From: a virus
Virus record (IMG/VR): IMGVR_UViG_3300002039_000002
Coordinates: 1 to 35,131 of that record
Length of the DNA stretch: 35,131 bases
Strand: one strand, 5' to 3'
Shown here one piece after another: positions 1-7,223 of this stretch. The notes below the pieces were generated by a model. The model was not told where the DNA came from. It did no database searches and worked only from the letters and a program-made list of their open reading frames with translations. Numbering within the stretch: the stretch's first letter is position 1; each line of letters starts with the position of its first letter. The position numbers and the translations under genes are program-made.

Positions 1-77
1 GAGAGAGGGAACTCTAAGCAATCCACTCACGGAACCCGAGAGCTGTCGACGGCAGCTCTTTATCCATGATTTCTTGC
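1..77. repeat. Terminal direct repeat copy 1 (circular-closure overlap)
   Basis: Bases 1-77 (gagagagggaactctaagc...ccatgatttcttgc) are repeated exactly at 35055-35131. Confidence 0.95.
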
Positions 78-691
78 ATTTGCCCAGCAAGTTCACAGAC
101 CTCGAGTTGAGCACCCTCCTTCTCTGATCGTACCTTAAGAAAGAAGAGGGCTGTGCGGACAGGAAATTTCATGAACAGACGGCTTGGCGTCATACCTTCC
201 GGTAAAACATTTCTAGCAATTTCCTTTGCCGCTCCGCGATCTAGCCACTTTGAATAAAGCATTTGGGCGTGAGCCCAAAGTTCTTCCTGATCGTGGCGCC
301 ACTCGACGCACTCATGGAAGTTATTAGAAGGAATTGATTTTTGCCGATCTGTTGGGTGTTGCATTCTTAAATCACAAATGTAAGGATCTCCGAGAAGCTG
401 AACATCACTATATCTCTGGCTAAATTCTTGCACTTTCGCCGGCATTGCCTGGGAAATGCAAGTCCAGTGCCGAATGAGTTGATGGGCGATCGATCGCGTC
501 GTGTACATCTCAAAGGTGATGTCAGCCATATCGAACGGACTGTGATGACCACGTCGTAACATGGTGCATATCAACTTATGAGCGGGTTTTTCCTCACTAT
601 TTGGAACAGAAACTCTTGCGCAATCTGCAATCATTTGATCCGCGTCAGGAGTAATGCATTTGAGCTTGACATTGTGGTGATCACTTAGCAT
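14..691 (-). CDS. thyX: Flavin-dependent thymidylate synthase ThyX, divergent
   Basis: 225-aa ORF with ThyX blocks: RGHHSPFDM (canonical GHxSxxEH), TRSIAHQLIRHW...SQRY (canonical RHR-x7-SxRY), ARNVLP, and R..FFLKVR. Confidence 0.85.
   Translation of the reverse strand: MLSDHHNVKLKCITPDADQMIADCARVSVPNSEEKPAHKLICTMLRRGHHSPFDMADITFEMYTTRSIAHQLIRHWTCISQAMPAKVQEFSQRYSDVQLLGDPYICDLRMQHPTDRQKSIPSNNFHECVEWRHDQEELWAHAQMLYSKWLDRGAAKEIARNVLPEGMTPSRLFMKFPVRTALFFLKVRSEKEGAQLEVCELAGQMQEIMDKELPSTALGFREWIA
39..63 (+). terminator. Weak hairpin plus TTTAT after the last rightward gene (candidate terminator)
   Basis: agagctg (39-45) pairs with cagctct (53-59) around a 7-nt loop, followed by tttat. It lies inside the thyX 3' coding end, just past the stop of the 34763-35071 gene in circular coordinates. 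Confidence 0.3.
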
Positions 692-887
692 GCGTCGTCT
701 CCATCAACTGGACACAGACTTGCCAAAAAGCCGTATAAAGCTCGGCGTAACTGGTTCTCTCTTGTTGAAATTTGGCAAGCATGCTCTCGATTTCATCGCG
801 TGTGAAATGACGAGTTACGCCCGCGACCGGCTCTTGCTCTGGCATGCCCTTACAGATATCAACGAATGCTTCTAACTGTCGTGTCAT
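681..887 (-). CDS. Hypothetical protein
   Basis: ORF in the track (681..932, TTG). An internal ATG at 887 (MTRQLEAF...) is preceded by GGAGAG with 5-nt spacing. The stop overlaps the thyX start. Confidence 0.5.
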   Translation of the reverse strand: MTRQLEAFVDICKGMPEQEPVAGVTRHFTRDEIESMLAKFQQERTSYAELYTAFWQVCVQLMETTHAK

Positions 888-1050
888 TGACTCTCTCCAT
901 ATGCCAAGAAACCCTTTCCGCAAGAGCTTCAAGCTTTTCCATGCCCATTTCCCGACACTCGCCGATCGTCAGTTGAACGAACTCACAAAGAGCCTTCAAC
1001 TGATCTGGATCGATGACCGTTGCGGTGATGGTTAGGTTTGAAGTGTCCAA
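859..1050 (-). CDS. Hypothetical protein (TTG start)
   Basis: 63-codon ORF. AGGAG lies 7 nt upstream of the TTG at 1050. It overlaps the HNH 3' end by 68 nt. Confidence 0.5.
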   Translation of the reverse strand: MDTSNLTITATVIDPDQLKALCEFVQLTIGECREMGMEKLEALAERVSWHMERVNDTTVRSIR

Positions 1051-1492
1051 TTATATTCTCCTCTTTGTGCGCAGCCTTATGGCAAACGCAGCATAGCCAA
1101 ACAACATCAAGCGGCCTGGAATAATCTCTGTGGTGCGCATGGAGATTTTCTTCAGTACCGCAGATGACGCAAGGCTCTTTCTTTAACCTCCCGTCCCGCA
1201 CCGCATTTGTTACCATGTAATTAGCTCTGTATCTTTCAGGGAATTTCTCTCTATATTTTTTCACCACTTCGGCAATCATTTCTTTCTTGTGAGGCAACTT
1301 CGATCTCAACCTGTCATATTCTCTAATTCGGTCAACGTTTTCATTTCTATGTTTCGTCACCCGTTTCTTTGTGCATTCCTTGCAGAAATTTAAATGACCA
1401 TCTAACATTCGTGAGTGTTTATAAAAATCAGAGAGAGACTTAATCTCTAAACACCTCTTGCAAACTTTGTCCGTCATGGGGCTACCTTTCAT
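983..1492 (-). CDS. HNH endonuclease
   Basis: N-terminal CKRC...CKEC zinc motif and C-terminal HAHHRDYSRPLDVVWLCCVCHKAAH (HNH core). Confidence 0.85.
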   Translation of the reverse strand: MKGSPMTDKVCKRCLEIKSLSDFYKHSRMLDGHLNFCKECTKKRVTKHRNENVDRIREYDRLRSKLPHKKEMIAEVVKKYREKFPERYRANYMVTNAVRDGRLKKEPCVICGTEENLHAHHRDYSRPLDVVWLCCVCHKAAHKEENIIGHFKPNHHRNGHRSRSVEGSL

Positions 1493-1520
1493 CTTATAGC
1501 CCCATTTTAATTAGAACGGA

Positions 1521-2192
1521 CTAGATGTCAAGTGGATATTCACCATGAGAACGGGCAAACTGAGTGCGACCATCAAGGCGAGCAAAGGGGATTTCGTCGT
1601 CCAGGTCGTCCACAGTGCCGCCCTTGGTCACATCCGAAGCGTGCTGTCGAGTGACGCCGCCAGGGCCACGCTGCTTAGCCTTGTTGGGCGCAAGCGTCCC
1701 GACTGTCGTCTCTCCGTTCATCGCCGTCTCATAGGCCGTGTGAGTGACTGCGATCGGTGAAAAGTCGTTCTTGATGGCAACGCATTCCGCGCCGCTCGCG
1801 TCAGTGTAGCGCTCTTCCTTAGCGCTGATACGGGCGGCAAACTCCAGAGTTTGAATTTCCGACTGGCAGTCGAGATCACGAGCCGCAAGGGCTTCATCGC
1901 TGTCGTCGTCATGACGAAATCCGTTCGCGCCATCGACCACGCCGCGAAGGAAGCTAAGCGAAATAGCGACGGCCTTTTCGCTGCCTTTCATGGTTAGGTT
2001 CTTGAACATTTTGCGACCGGCATACGGCGAGGAAACGATAACGAACGTTCCTTCCGAGTAGTCATTGCCGTTGCCGCTCTTCGGGCTTTTGAGTTCCGCC
2101 GTCATGATCTCACAGCGTAGCTTGACCATCGTCCCATTGGGGATGGCGTCGAAATCACGCGGTGGTTCCGCGCTTTGCAGGTTCAAACCCAT
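1521..2192 (-). CDS. DUF669-type phage ssDNA-binding-like protein
   Basis: Sits immediately downstream of a Sak4/AAA_24 ATPase, the canonical pairing. Carries FDAIPNGT..., SSPYAGRKMF and an SSB-tip-like acidic motif DDLDDEIPF near the C-terminus. Confidence 0.6.
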   Translation of the reverse strand: MGLNLQSAEPPRDFDAIPNGTMVKLRCEIMTAELKSPKSGNGNDYSEGTFVIVSSPYAGRKMFKNLTMKGSEKAVAISLSFLRGVVDGANGFRHDDDSDEALAARDLDCQSEIQTLEFAARISAKEERYTDASGAECVAIKNDFSPIAVTHTAYETAMNGETTVGTLAPNKAKQRGPGGVTRQHASDVTKGGTVDDLDDEIPFARLDGRTQFARSHGEYPLDI

Positions 2193-2204
2193 GGATAAGC
2201 CTTT

Positions 2205-2915
2205 CTAGTCTGATGTGGGGAAAAGACATTTCTGATAGATAGCCGAAAGGTTCGGCTCCTCGGTAGCATCAAGGGCATCGAAGCGACTTCCCGCAGGATA
2301 CTTCTTGATGTTGCTTACATCGGTGATCAGCTTTCGCTTACCGCCCTTCTCGATCACCATTGTTGTGATTACGTCGAAATGATAAGGAGCGCCACGCGCG
2401 GAACTTCCTGGCATTTCCGGCGACCAAAATCCAGCCTTACCTTCCGGCTCATTCCACTTCAAACCGCCGACAGACCAGACATTGAATGGGGATTTGTGAA
2501 GCTCTTCCCAAGCCCAATCCATCATATTGCAGACTTGTTTGTAAGCCTGCAGCGCCATAAAATTTCCTCGATCGGAAAAGTTGGCGTGATTTTCTTTTGC
2601 AACCGTCCATGCGTAGCTGTCAGCTATCCGCGTGACGCTGTCGATAAACAGATGCTTATATTTTGATGGCTTGGAAGGGTCACGGCGGGCAAGGCCGGAA
2701 ACGACTTTCTCAAACTCAGCCCAATTAGATATTGGCCAGTCATCAACGGGATGATTTGCGATGGTAGAAAGCCCATCTTCCGCATTGATCACAAGGGTTT
2801 CATCTGCGGGAAGCGTTGAGGCTAGGAACGTCTTTCCTACCTTGGGGCCTGCCCATATCTGACATGACATGGTGCGATGAGCGTTGCGCTCTTCTGCGGT
2901 CCTGATGCCAGTCAT
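2205..2915 (-). CDS. Sak4-like / AAA_24 RecA-fold ATPase (recombination)
   Basis: Walker A IWAGPKVGKT, LVINAEDG, and Walker B-like HLFIDSVT. About 236 aa, typical of phage AAA_24. Confidence 0.75.
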   Translation of the reverse strand: MTGIRTAEERNAHRTMSCQIWAGPKVGKTFLASTLPADETLVINAEDGLSTIANHPVDDWPISNWAEFEKVVSGLARRDPSKPSKYKHLFIDSVTRIADSYAWTVAKENHANFSDRGNFMALQAYKQVCNMMDWAWEELHKSPFNVWSVGGLKWNEPEGKAGFWSPEMPGSSARGAPYHFDVITTMVIEKGGKRKLITDVSNIKKYPAGSRFDALDATEEPNLSAIYQKCLFPTSD

Positions 2916-3127
2916 TGAACGCGAACCGGCGAAGCGTCGTAAACGGTGTTGCGTGTCACGTGCGCCTTGCCGCCATCGGACTTTCGAATGGTGAATGCGC
3001 GGGCGTCGAATGTAACAACCTGGACAGCATCGCCACGAAATTGAACCAACTCTTGCGAGGCTTTGAACCTGCTAAGTCGTGTGCGGCGTGTGTGCGTGTT
3101 TAGCTCTGGAAGCTCATTGACGTTCAT
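2912..3127 (-). CDS. Hypothetical protein
   Basis: 71-codon ORF whose stop overlaps the Sak4-like start (translational coupling). Confidence 0.6.
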   Translation of the reverse strand: MNVNELPELNTHTRRTRLSRFKASQELVQFRGDAVQVVTFDARAFTIRKSDGGKAHVTRNTVYDASPVRVQ

Positions 3128-3159
3128 GTTTCATGTTCCGTTTGCGTTATCGATGATAT

Positions 3160-3189
3160 CTTATAAGCACATCAGAATTCAGGAAGCAA
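3160..3189 (-). promoter_or_regulatory. Candidate sigma70-type promoter (minus strand)
   Basis: On the minus strand TTGCTT-N18-TATAAG, in the 70-bp gap upstream of the 3127 start. The gap also holds the palindromes cttataag, gatatc and atcgat. Confidence 0.25.
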
Positions 3190-3197
3190 GAAAAAAA

Positions 3198-3542
3198 TTA
3201 CCGACATCCTCGCTTAGCCCATGCGGCAGACGGGATACCGTGATTGAACTTATTTGTTGGATTGTTCATATTCTGTTTTGGCGTCACCCACCTGCAATTT
3301 CCCGGCTCATAATTCCCGTCATTGTCGATACGATCGATCTGTAGACCTTTAGGCGCTTCTCCCATGTCAAGTAGAAAATTCTCATATTTGCTCCAACGAG
3401 CACACACTTTAATACCACGCCCGCCATAAATAGAATATTGATCATTCCCGATCGAATTGCATCTGCTTCTCATAAGAAGCCAAATAGAATAAGTTCGCGT
3501 GACCTTCCCAACGTGAGCGTGGCCATGTCTAGGAGTTTTCAT
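3198..3542 (-). CDS. DNA-binding/HNH-AP2-like phage protein, short paralog
   Basis: YGGRGIKVCARWSKYENFLLDMGEAPKGLQIDRIDNDGNYEPGNCRWVTPKQN motif block, of a kind often annotated HNH/AP2-like. Confidence 0.7.
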   Translation of the reverse strand: MKTPRHGHAHVGKVTRTYSIWLLMRSRCNSIGNDQYSIYGGRGIKVCARWSKYENFLLDMGEAPKGLQIDRIDNDGNYEPGNCRWVTPKQNMNNPTNKFNHGIPSAAWAKRGCR

Positions 3543-3948
3543 TAAAAATCCCTTTTTCAGAAAGAATTTCGATCACCTGCTTCACTGATGTGACAACTGC
3601 ATAGCTGTTGCCTGGAGTGCGCTTGCACCAAGCCTCAAAAAACCTTTGCTCTTGTGATTGTCTACCTGTCTCAGGTTTGACCTCAATAAAGACAGCTTCT
3701 CTTTCTCCAGAAAAAACAAAATCTGCAGTTCCTGGTACCATGCCGCAAAGGCGCTTTTGCCTAACTAATTGCGTTCCTTGGTTAGGAACATGAAAGAAAA
3801 CAGCATTTAATTTCCCTGAGTTATAATGATCGACTGCCCACGTGAAAATTCTTGCGCATATTTCATCTTCTGGTCCTATTTTTCTTGGCCTTTGAGCAAA
3901 CGCTTGGCGACAAAGGTTTAATAGCCATATTTTAATATGATCTGACAT
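3529..3948 (-). CDS. VRR-NUC domain nuclease
   Basis: GMVPGTADFVFSGEREAVFIEVKPETGRQSQEQ matches the VRR-NUC G..G.pD...ExK...Q pattern. AGGAAGG SD upstream. Confidence 0.8.
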   Translation of the reverse strand: MSDHIKIWLLNLCRQAFAQRPRKIGPEDEICARIFTWAVDHYNSGKLNAVFFHVPNQGTQLVRQKRLCGMVPGTADFVFSGEREAVFIEVKPETGRQSQEQRFFEAWCKRTPGNSYAVVTSVKQVIEILSEKGIFNENS

Positions 3949-4435
3949 AATCGTACCTTCCTAATTTTGTCCTTTTTTCTTCTCTATTTATATCATTTTC
4001 TTTTCGTGTGACCCACCTGCAATTTCCCGGCTCGTAGTGACCATCATTGTTAATGCGATCTATCTCTAGCCCTAATGGCTTTTCTCCCATGTCAGCTAGG
4101 AAATTTTCGAATTTATGCCAACGATCACGCACTTTAATGCCCCTTCCCCCGTAATACCTATAACTCGAATGTCTGGCGTCTCGACATCTAGATAACATGC
4201 TCTCCCATGTCTCATAAATCCTTGACCCAATAGACATGCCATGGGTTGTTCTAGCGCAAGACAGACATTGGGTCGACCCGCCATTCAAGAGATTGCCAGA
4301 GGTGACAACTGAAATCCGCCCACACCCACACTGACAAAGATATTTTGTGGGGCTAGAGCAGCCTTTTCTAGACAGTACGTTCCAATTGGCTATCTTCTTT
4401 CCGCTTTGATCTCGCCATCTCAAGCGCTTCCTCAT
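3932..4435 (-). CDS. DNA-binding/HNH-AP2-like phage protein, long paralog with Cys-rich N-terminus
   Basis: CQCGCG...QCLSC followed by YYGGRGIKVRDRWHKFENFLADMGEKPLGLEIDRINNDGHYEPGNCRWVTRKEN. Start chosen at ATG 4435 (GAGGA SD); the track ORF extends to 4534. Confidence 0.7.
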   Translation of the reverse strand: MRKRLRWRDQSGKKIANWNVLSRKGCSSPTKYLCQCGCGRISVVTSGNLLNGGSTQCLSCARTTHGMSIGSRIYETWESMLSRCRDARHSSYRYYGGRGIKVRDRWHKFENFLADMGEKPLGLEIDRINNDGHYEPGNCRWVTRKENDINREEKRTKLGRYDYVRSY

Positions 4436-4631
4436 AAGCCTTTGATCCTCTACAACCATGATGTCGATACCTTTTATCCAAAAACTGAACGCAATCAGGA
4501 CCGATAATTCCCGCCGCTTCGCCACATGCGGCACACATTATAAGCGTTCCGTCCTTCTTAACAGCCTTGACATCTTGCCCATATTTAGGTATCTGTGCTT
4601 TCTTTTTTTTGCCGCACCTGGATCTAGCCAT
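4368..4631 (-). CDS. Hypothetical Cys-rich small protein (start uncertain, 4631 or 4538)
   Basis: ORF MARSRCGKKKK...MCAACGEAAG...HHGCRG. It overlaps the N-terminus of the 3932-4435 gene in another frame. There is no clear SD at 4631, and a GAAGGA-like SD precedes the ATG at 4538. Confidence 0.4.
   Translation of the reverse strand: MARSRCGKKKKAQIPKYGQDVKAVKKDGTLIMCAACGEAAGIIGPDCVQFLDKRYRHHGCRGSKAYEEALEMARSKRKEDSQLERTV
4567..4595 (+). promoter_or_regulatory. Candidate rightward early promoter
   Basis: Perfect -35 TTGACA (4567-4572), a 17-nt spacer, and a weak -10 TATCTG (4590-4595). Confidence 0.25.
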
Positions 4632-4803
4632 GAGAAAAAAGCTTTCAGATGAAGAAAAGAGGTTGATTAAAGTAGCTAAGGACGAAGGTAAGGTCAAGAT
4701 TTGTCCTGTAAAATTTGCTGATTTTTCATGGGCTATGAAAGAATCAAACAAAACGATAGCTATAACATGGGGCCTTCACACTCTAATGGATGAAATGAGG
4801 TGA
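4630..4803 (+). CDS. Hypothetical small protein
   Basis: 57-codon ORF MRKKLSDEEKRLIKVAKDEG.... Its stop overlaps the GTG start of the helicase, and its ATG overlaps the ATG of the leftward ORF (CATG at 4629-4632). Confidence 0.4.
   Translation: MRKKLSDEEKRLIKVAKDEGKVKICPVKFADFSWAMKESNKTIAITWGLHTLMDEMR
4669..4697 (-). promoter_or_regulatory. Candidate leftward early promoter
   Basis: On the minus strand TTGACC (4697-4692), N17, TACTTT (4674-4669). It faces the rightward candidate promoter. Confidence 0.25.
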
Positions 4804-6332
4804 GAGCTAGGCTATATCAAGAGCAAGCTATCGACAGAACTGTTGACTGCCTCAGAAGAGGCAAAAGGCCGCTTTTGGTTTGCGCTACTGGAGGCGGTAA
4901 GACTTTTATGATGTCGAATATTGTTAAGCAAATGCCTGGAAAATGGCTATGGCTTCAACACAGTGATGAATTATTAAGGCAGAATTCAAGAGCATTTCAT
5001 AATTTATTTCCTAAACATCCATTATCTTTATATTGTTCTTTTCAAAAAAACTATATGGGCGATATCGTATTCGGAATGCAAAAAACTACGTTTCAAAACC
5101 TTGATCATCTTCCTCCATTCGATGGAATCGCAATAGATGAAGCTCACAGAACCGCTGCTGAAAGTTACAGTTCGATTGTGGCACGTTATCCTAATGCTCA
5201 TCTTCTTGGCGTTACTGCTACTGCTGGACGTGGTGACGGTGCTGACCTTGGAAAGTTTTACGACGTGGTTTCAGATCAAATTGAAATTGGAGACCTCGTA
5301 AATTGGGGCTACCTAAAAACCCCAAGGATATTAAGGCCGTCTGTCGAGAGCATTCAAAATGCAATGTTAACGAGCGCGCCCGTAGATTATGACACTGCTG
5401 ATATAGGCGCCGTATCAAATTACGATATTCCGCCTAAAGAGATGTATCATCATTGGAAAGAATTCAGCAACAGAAAGACAATCATTTTTGCGTCGACAGT
5501 AGATAGATGCGCAGAAATTCAGTATGTTTTCCCCGGATCAATTGTTGTTAACCATAAAGTTAGAGGGCGTGATAAGCTTATTGAAGCGTTTAAAGCTCAG
5601 AAGACAGGCGTTTTGATCAATCCGATGATGTTAACTGAAGGCTTTGATGATCCAGACGTTTCTTGCATTGTTATCGATAGATCATGTGTGTTTAAAGGCA
5701 CGTATATTCAAATCATAGGACGGGCTCTTAGAAAAAGCCCGTTGTTCGATGATGCAATTATATTAGATTTCAGAACCGAGCATGAAGACATAAGCATTGA
5801 ACCATCACTTGATGTCAAAGAAAAAAAGGATAAAGAGAAAGAGTGTAAGGATTGTCCTAAATGTGATATGGAGCTTCCGAAATATTCAAGGCTGTGTCCT
5901 GGCTGTGGATATGAATTTGTAAAAGCACTGGAAGAGGAAAATATAGAAACGAGGCCGTTAACCGACCTTGAATTGAAGGAAATAAATCTGACATCTAGGG
6001 TGAAATTAGTCGACTTATTCAAAAATGGCAAGGTTTTATTCGGCGTGACTGAAACTGACTGGTGTTGCATAGTTCGCAGTCGGGCTTTGATGCATAACGG
6101 CAGGTCATTCGAGTCTTCTGATATGCGAGACTGCATTAGTTTTGTTTCGTCAAAAATTTCAGGAAAAAAATATCCTAAGGATTGGTTTTCATCACCTGCT
6201 ACCCACAAGCAATGCATGTATCTCTCACGCCTTGGTTCATCGATTGACAGGTACGGATTAACAAAGTATGGAGCTTCGGCCGCAATCACGTTCTGCAAGA
6301 ACTACGAAATGATAAAGGAGAGATTGAGATGA
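4800..6332 (+). CDS. SF2 DEAD/DEAH-type helicase (ResIII-like) with C-terminal zinc ribbon
   Basis: Motif I CATGGGKTF, motif II IAIDEAHR, motif III GVTATAGR, motif VI QIIGRALR, and CKDCPKCD...CPGCGYEF. GTG start after GAGG. Confidence 0.9.
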   Translation: MRARLYQEQAIDRTVDCLRRGKRPLLVCATGGGKTFMMSNIVKQMPGKWLWLQHSDELLRQNSRAFHNLFPKHPLSLYCSFQKNYMGDIVFGMQKTTFQNLDHLPPFDGIAIDEAHRTAAESYSSIVARYPNAHLLGVTATAGRGDGADLGKFYDVVSDQIEIGDLVNWGYLKTPRILRPSVESIQNAMLTSAPVDYDTADIGAVSNYDIPPKEMYHHWKEFSNRKTIIFASTVDRCAEIQYVFPGSIVVNHKVRGRDKLIEAFKAQKTGVLINPMMLTEGFDDPDVSCIVIDRSCVFKGTYIQIIGRALRKSPLFDDAIILDFRTEHEDISIEPSLDVKEKKDKEKECKDCPKCDMELPKYSRLCPGCGYEFVKALEEENIETRPLTDLELKEINLTSRVKLVDLFKNGKVLFGVTETDWCCIVRSRALMHNGRSFESSDMRDCISFVSSKISGKKYPKDWFSSPATHKQCMYLSRLGSSIDRYGLTKYGASAAITFCKNYEMIKERLR

Positions 6333-6928
6333 ACAGAACAAAAACTCGAAACTCATTGCCTTACATACCCGCAAAACGAGTAGGTCATATTTGCGTTCGC
6401 CGTCAGCAATTAAACAGTAGGAATGATAGAACCGTTGCGGTCGAAGATATCGAAAGGGCAGAAGCCGATGAGCGTTTAAAATCTCTCATAAGAGAGCGCA
6501 TCGCAGAAGATAATAAAGGTCATATATTCTTCGAGAAAATCGGTGAGACATGGGCCTTGTTCTTTGGCGACGTTCGCGGTTTTTGCGAAGGCGTAAGAGT
6601 AAATGACTATGACGTGCGTCGAGCCTGGATAGGACGCGTTGTCGACCCGAAGCACTTCGATAGCCAGCTTGCGCCCGATGTTGTCGTGTATGCCACTCTG
6701 ACACAGCTTGCGCTTGACCTTAGGGGGGTGCCGGCAGTAGTCTCGACGATCTGCCGTGAGACCCATCGATATCAAGATGAAGAGTTGGCATTCAATTACG
6801 AGGCGTTCTCCTTTGCGTCACGCCAAGTCATGCGCTGGCGTCAGTCTAAGCTCGATCATGTCGCTTCTCATCCATCGTCATATCTTTGCAGGGATTGCAA
6901 TTGGAAAGAAACTTGCCATGGAGATTAA
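6329..6928 (+). CDS. Hypothetical protein with Cas4/AddB-type C-x2-C-x5-C motif (possible degenerate PD-(D/E)xK nuclease)
   Basis: C-terminal CRDCNWKETC (C-x2-C-x5-C) plus an N-terminal Cys in GHICVRRQQL. Sits next to the helicase, as phage Cas4-like exonucleases often do. No clear D...ExK catalytic motif seen. Confidence 0.35.
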   Translation: MNRTKTRNSLPYIPAKRVGHICVRRQQLNSRNDRTVAVEDIERAEADERLKSLIRERIAEDNKGHIFFEKIGETWALFFGDVRGFCEGVRVNDYDVRRAWIGRVVDPKHFDSQLAPDVVVYATLTQLALDLRGVPAVVSTICRETHRYQDEELAFNYEAFSFASRQVMRWRQSKLDHVASHPSSYLCRDCNWKETCHGD

Positions 6929-7070
6929 AATTGACCCTGACCTCTTAGAATTCTGGCGGCAAGGGTCGATATCCCGAACGGCGGCTATCCTTTGGCAACG
7001 TGAGCGCGATAAAGCACGCCGTGGCTTCGAGCCTTGCTCAATGTGTGGACAGCCCATAAAGGGTAAATAA
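6918..7070 (+). CDS. Small hypothetical protein (micro-ORF 1, 50 aa)
   Basis: MEIKIDPDLLEFWRQGSISRTAAILWQRERDKARRGFEPCSMCGQPIKGK. Paralogous to the next ORF. Confidence 0.45.
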   Translation: MEIKIDPDLLEFWRQGSISRTAAILWQRERDKARRGFEPCSMCGQPIKGK

Positions 7071-7223
7071 ATGCTTGATAAAGATCTTCAAATGCATGTT
7101 CGTGATGGAACTATGTCTCCATCTTTATCGGAAAAATGGCAGACAGAAAAAGACATCAATAATGAAATGCATAATCTCATAAATCAACTTTTAAAACATT
7201 GCAGAAAAATCAAAAAAAAATAA
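7071..7223 (+). CDS. Small hypothetical protein (micro-ORF 2, 50 aa)
   Basis: MLDKDLQMHVRDGTMSPSLSEKWQTEKDINNEMHNLINQLLKHCRKIKKK. Its ATG directly follows the TAA of micro-ORF 1, and it has the same 153-nt length. Confidence 0.45.
   Translation: MLDKDLQMHVRDGTMSPSLSEKWQTEKDINNEMHNLINQLLKHCRKIKKK

Noticed and set aside
1-77. Biological direct terminal repeat of a T7-like genome
   Set aside because: This cannot be excluded. However, an exact overlap of 77 nt is shorter than typical podovirus DTRs and is the kind of overlap assemblers leave on circular contigs. It is treated as a circular-closure artefact until read termini are examined.
5708-6298. 196-codon minus-strand ORF
   Set aside because: It lies entirely antisense within the well-supported SF2 helicase gene. 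Its composition is Ser/Phe/Leu-rich and low-complexity, and it has no start context.
7212-7223. A9 run as a programmed -1/+1 frameshift or transcriptional slippage site into the primase
   Set aside because: The downstream primase ORF is in the same frame as the micro-ORF, so a frameshift would not join them. Only readthrough or reinitiation could, and that is reported separately as a low-confidence idea.
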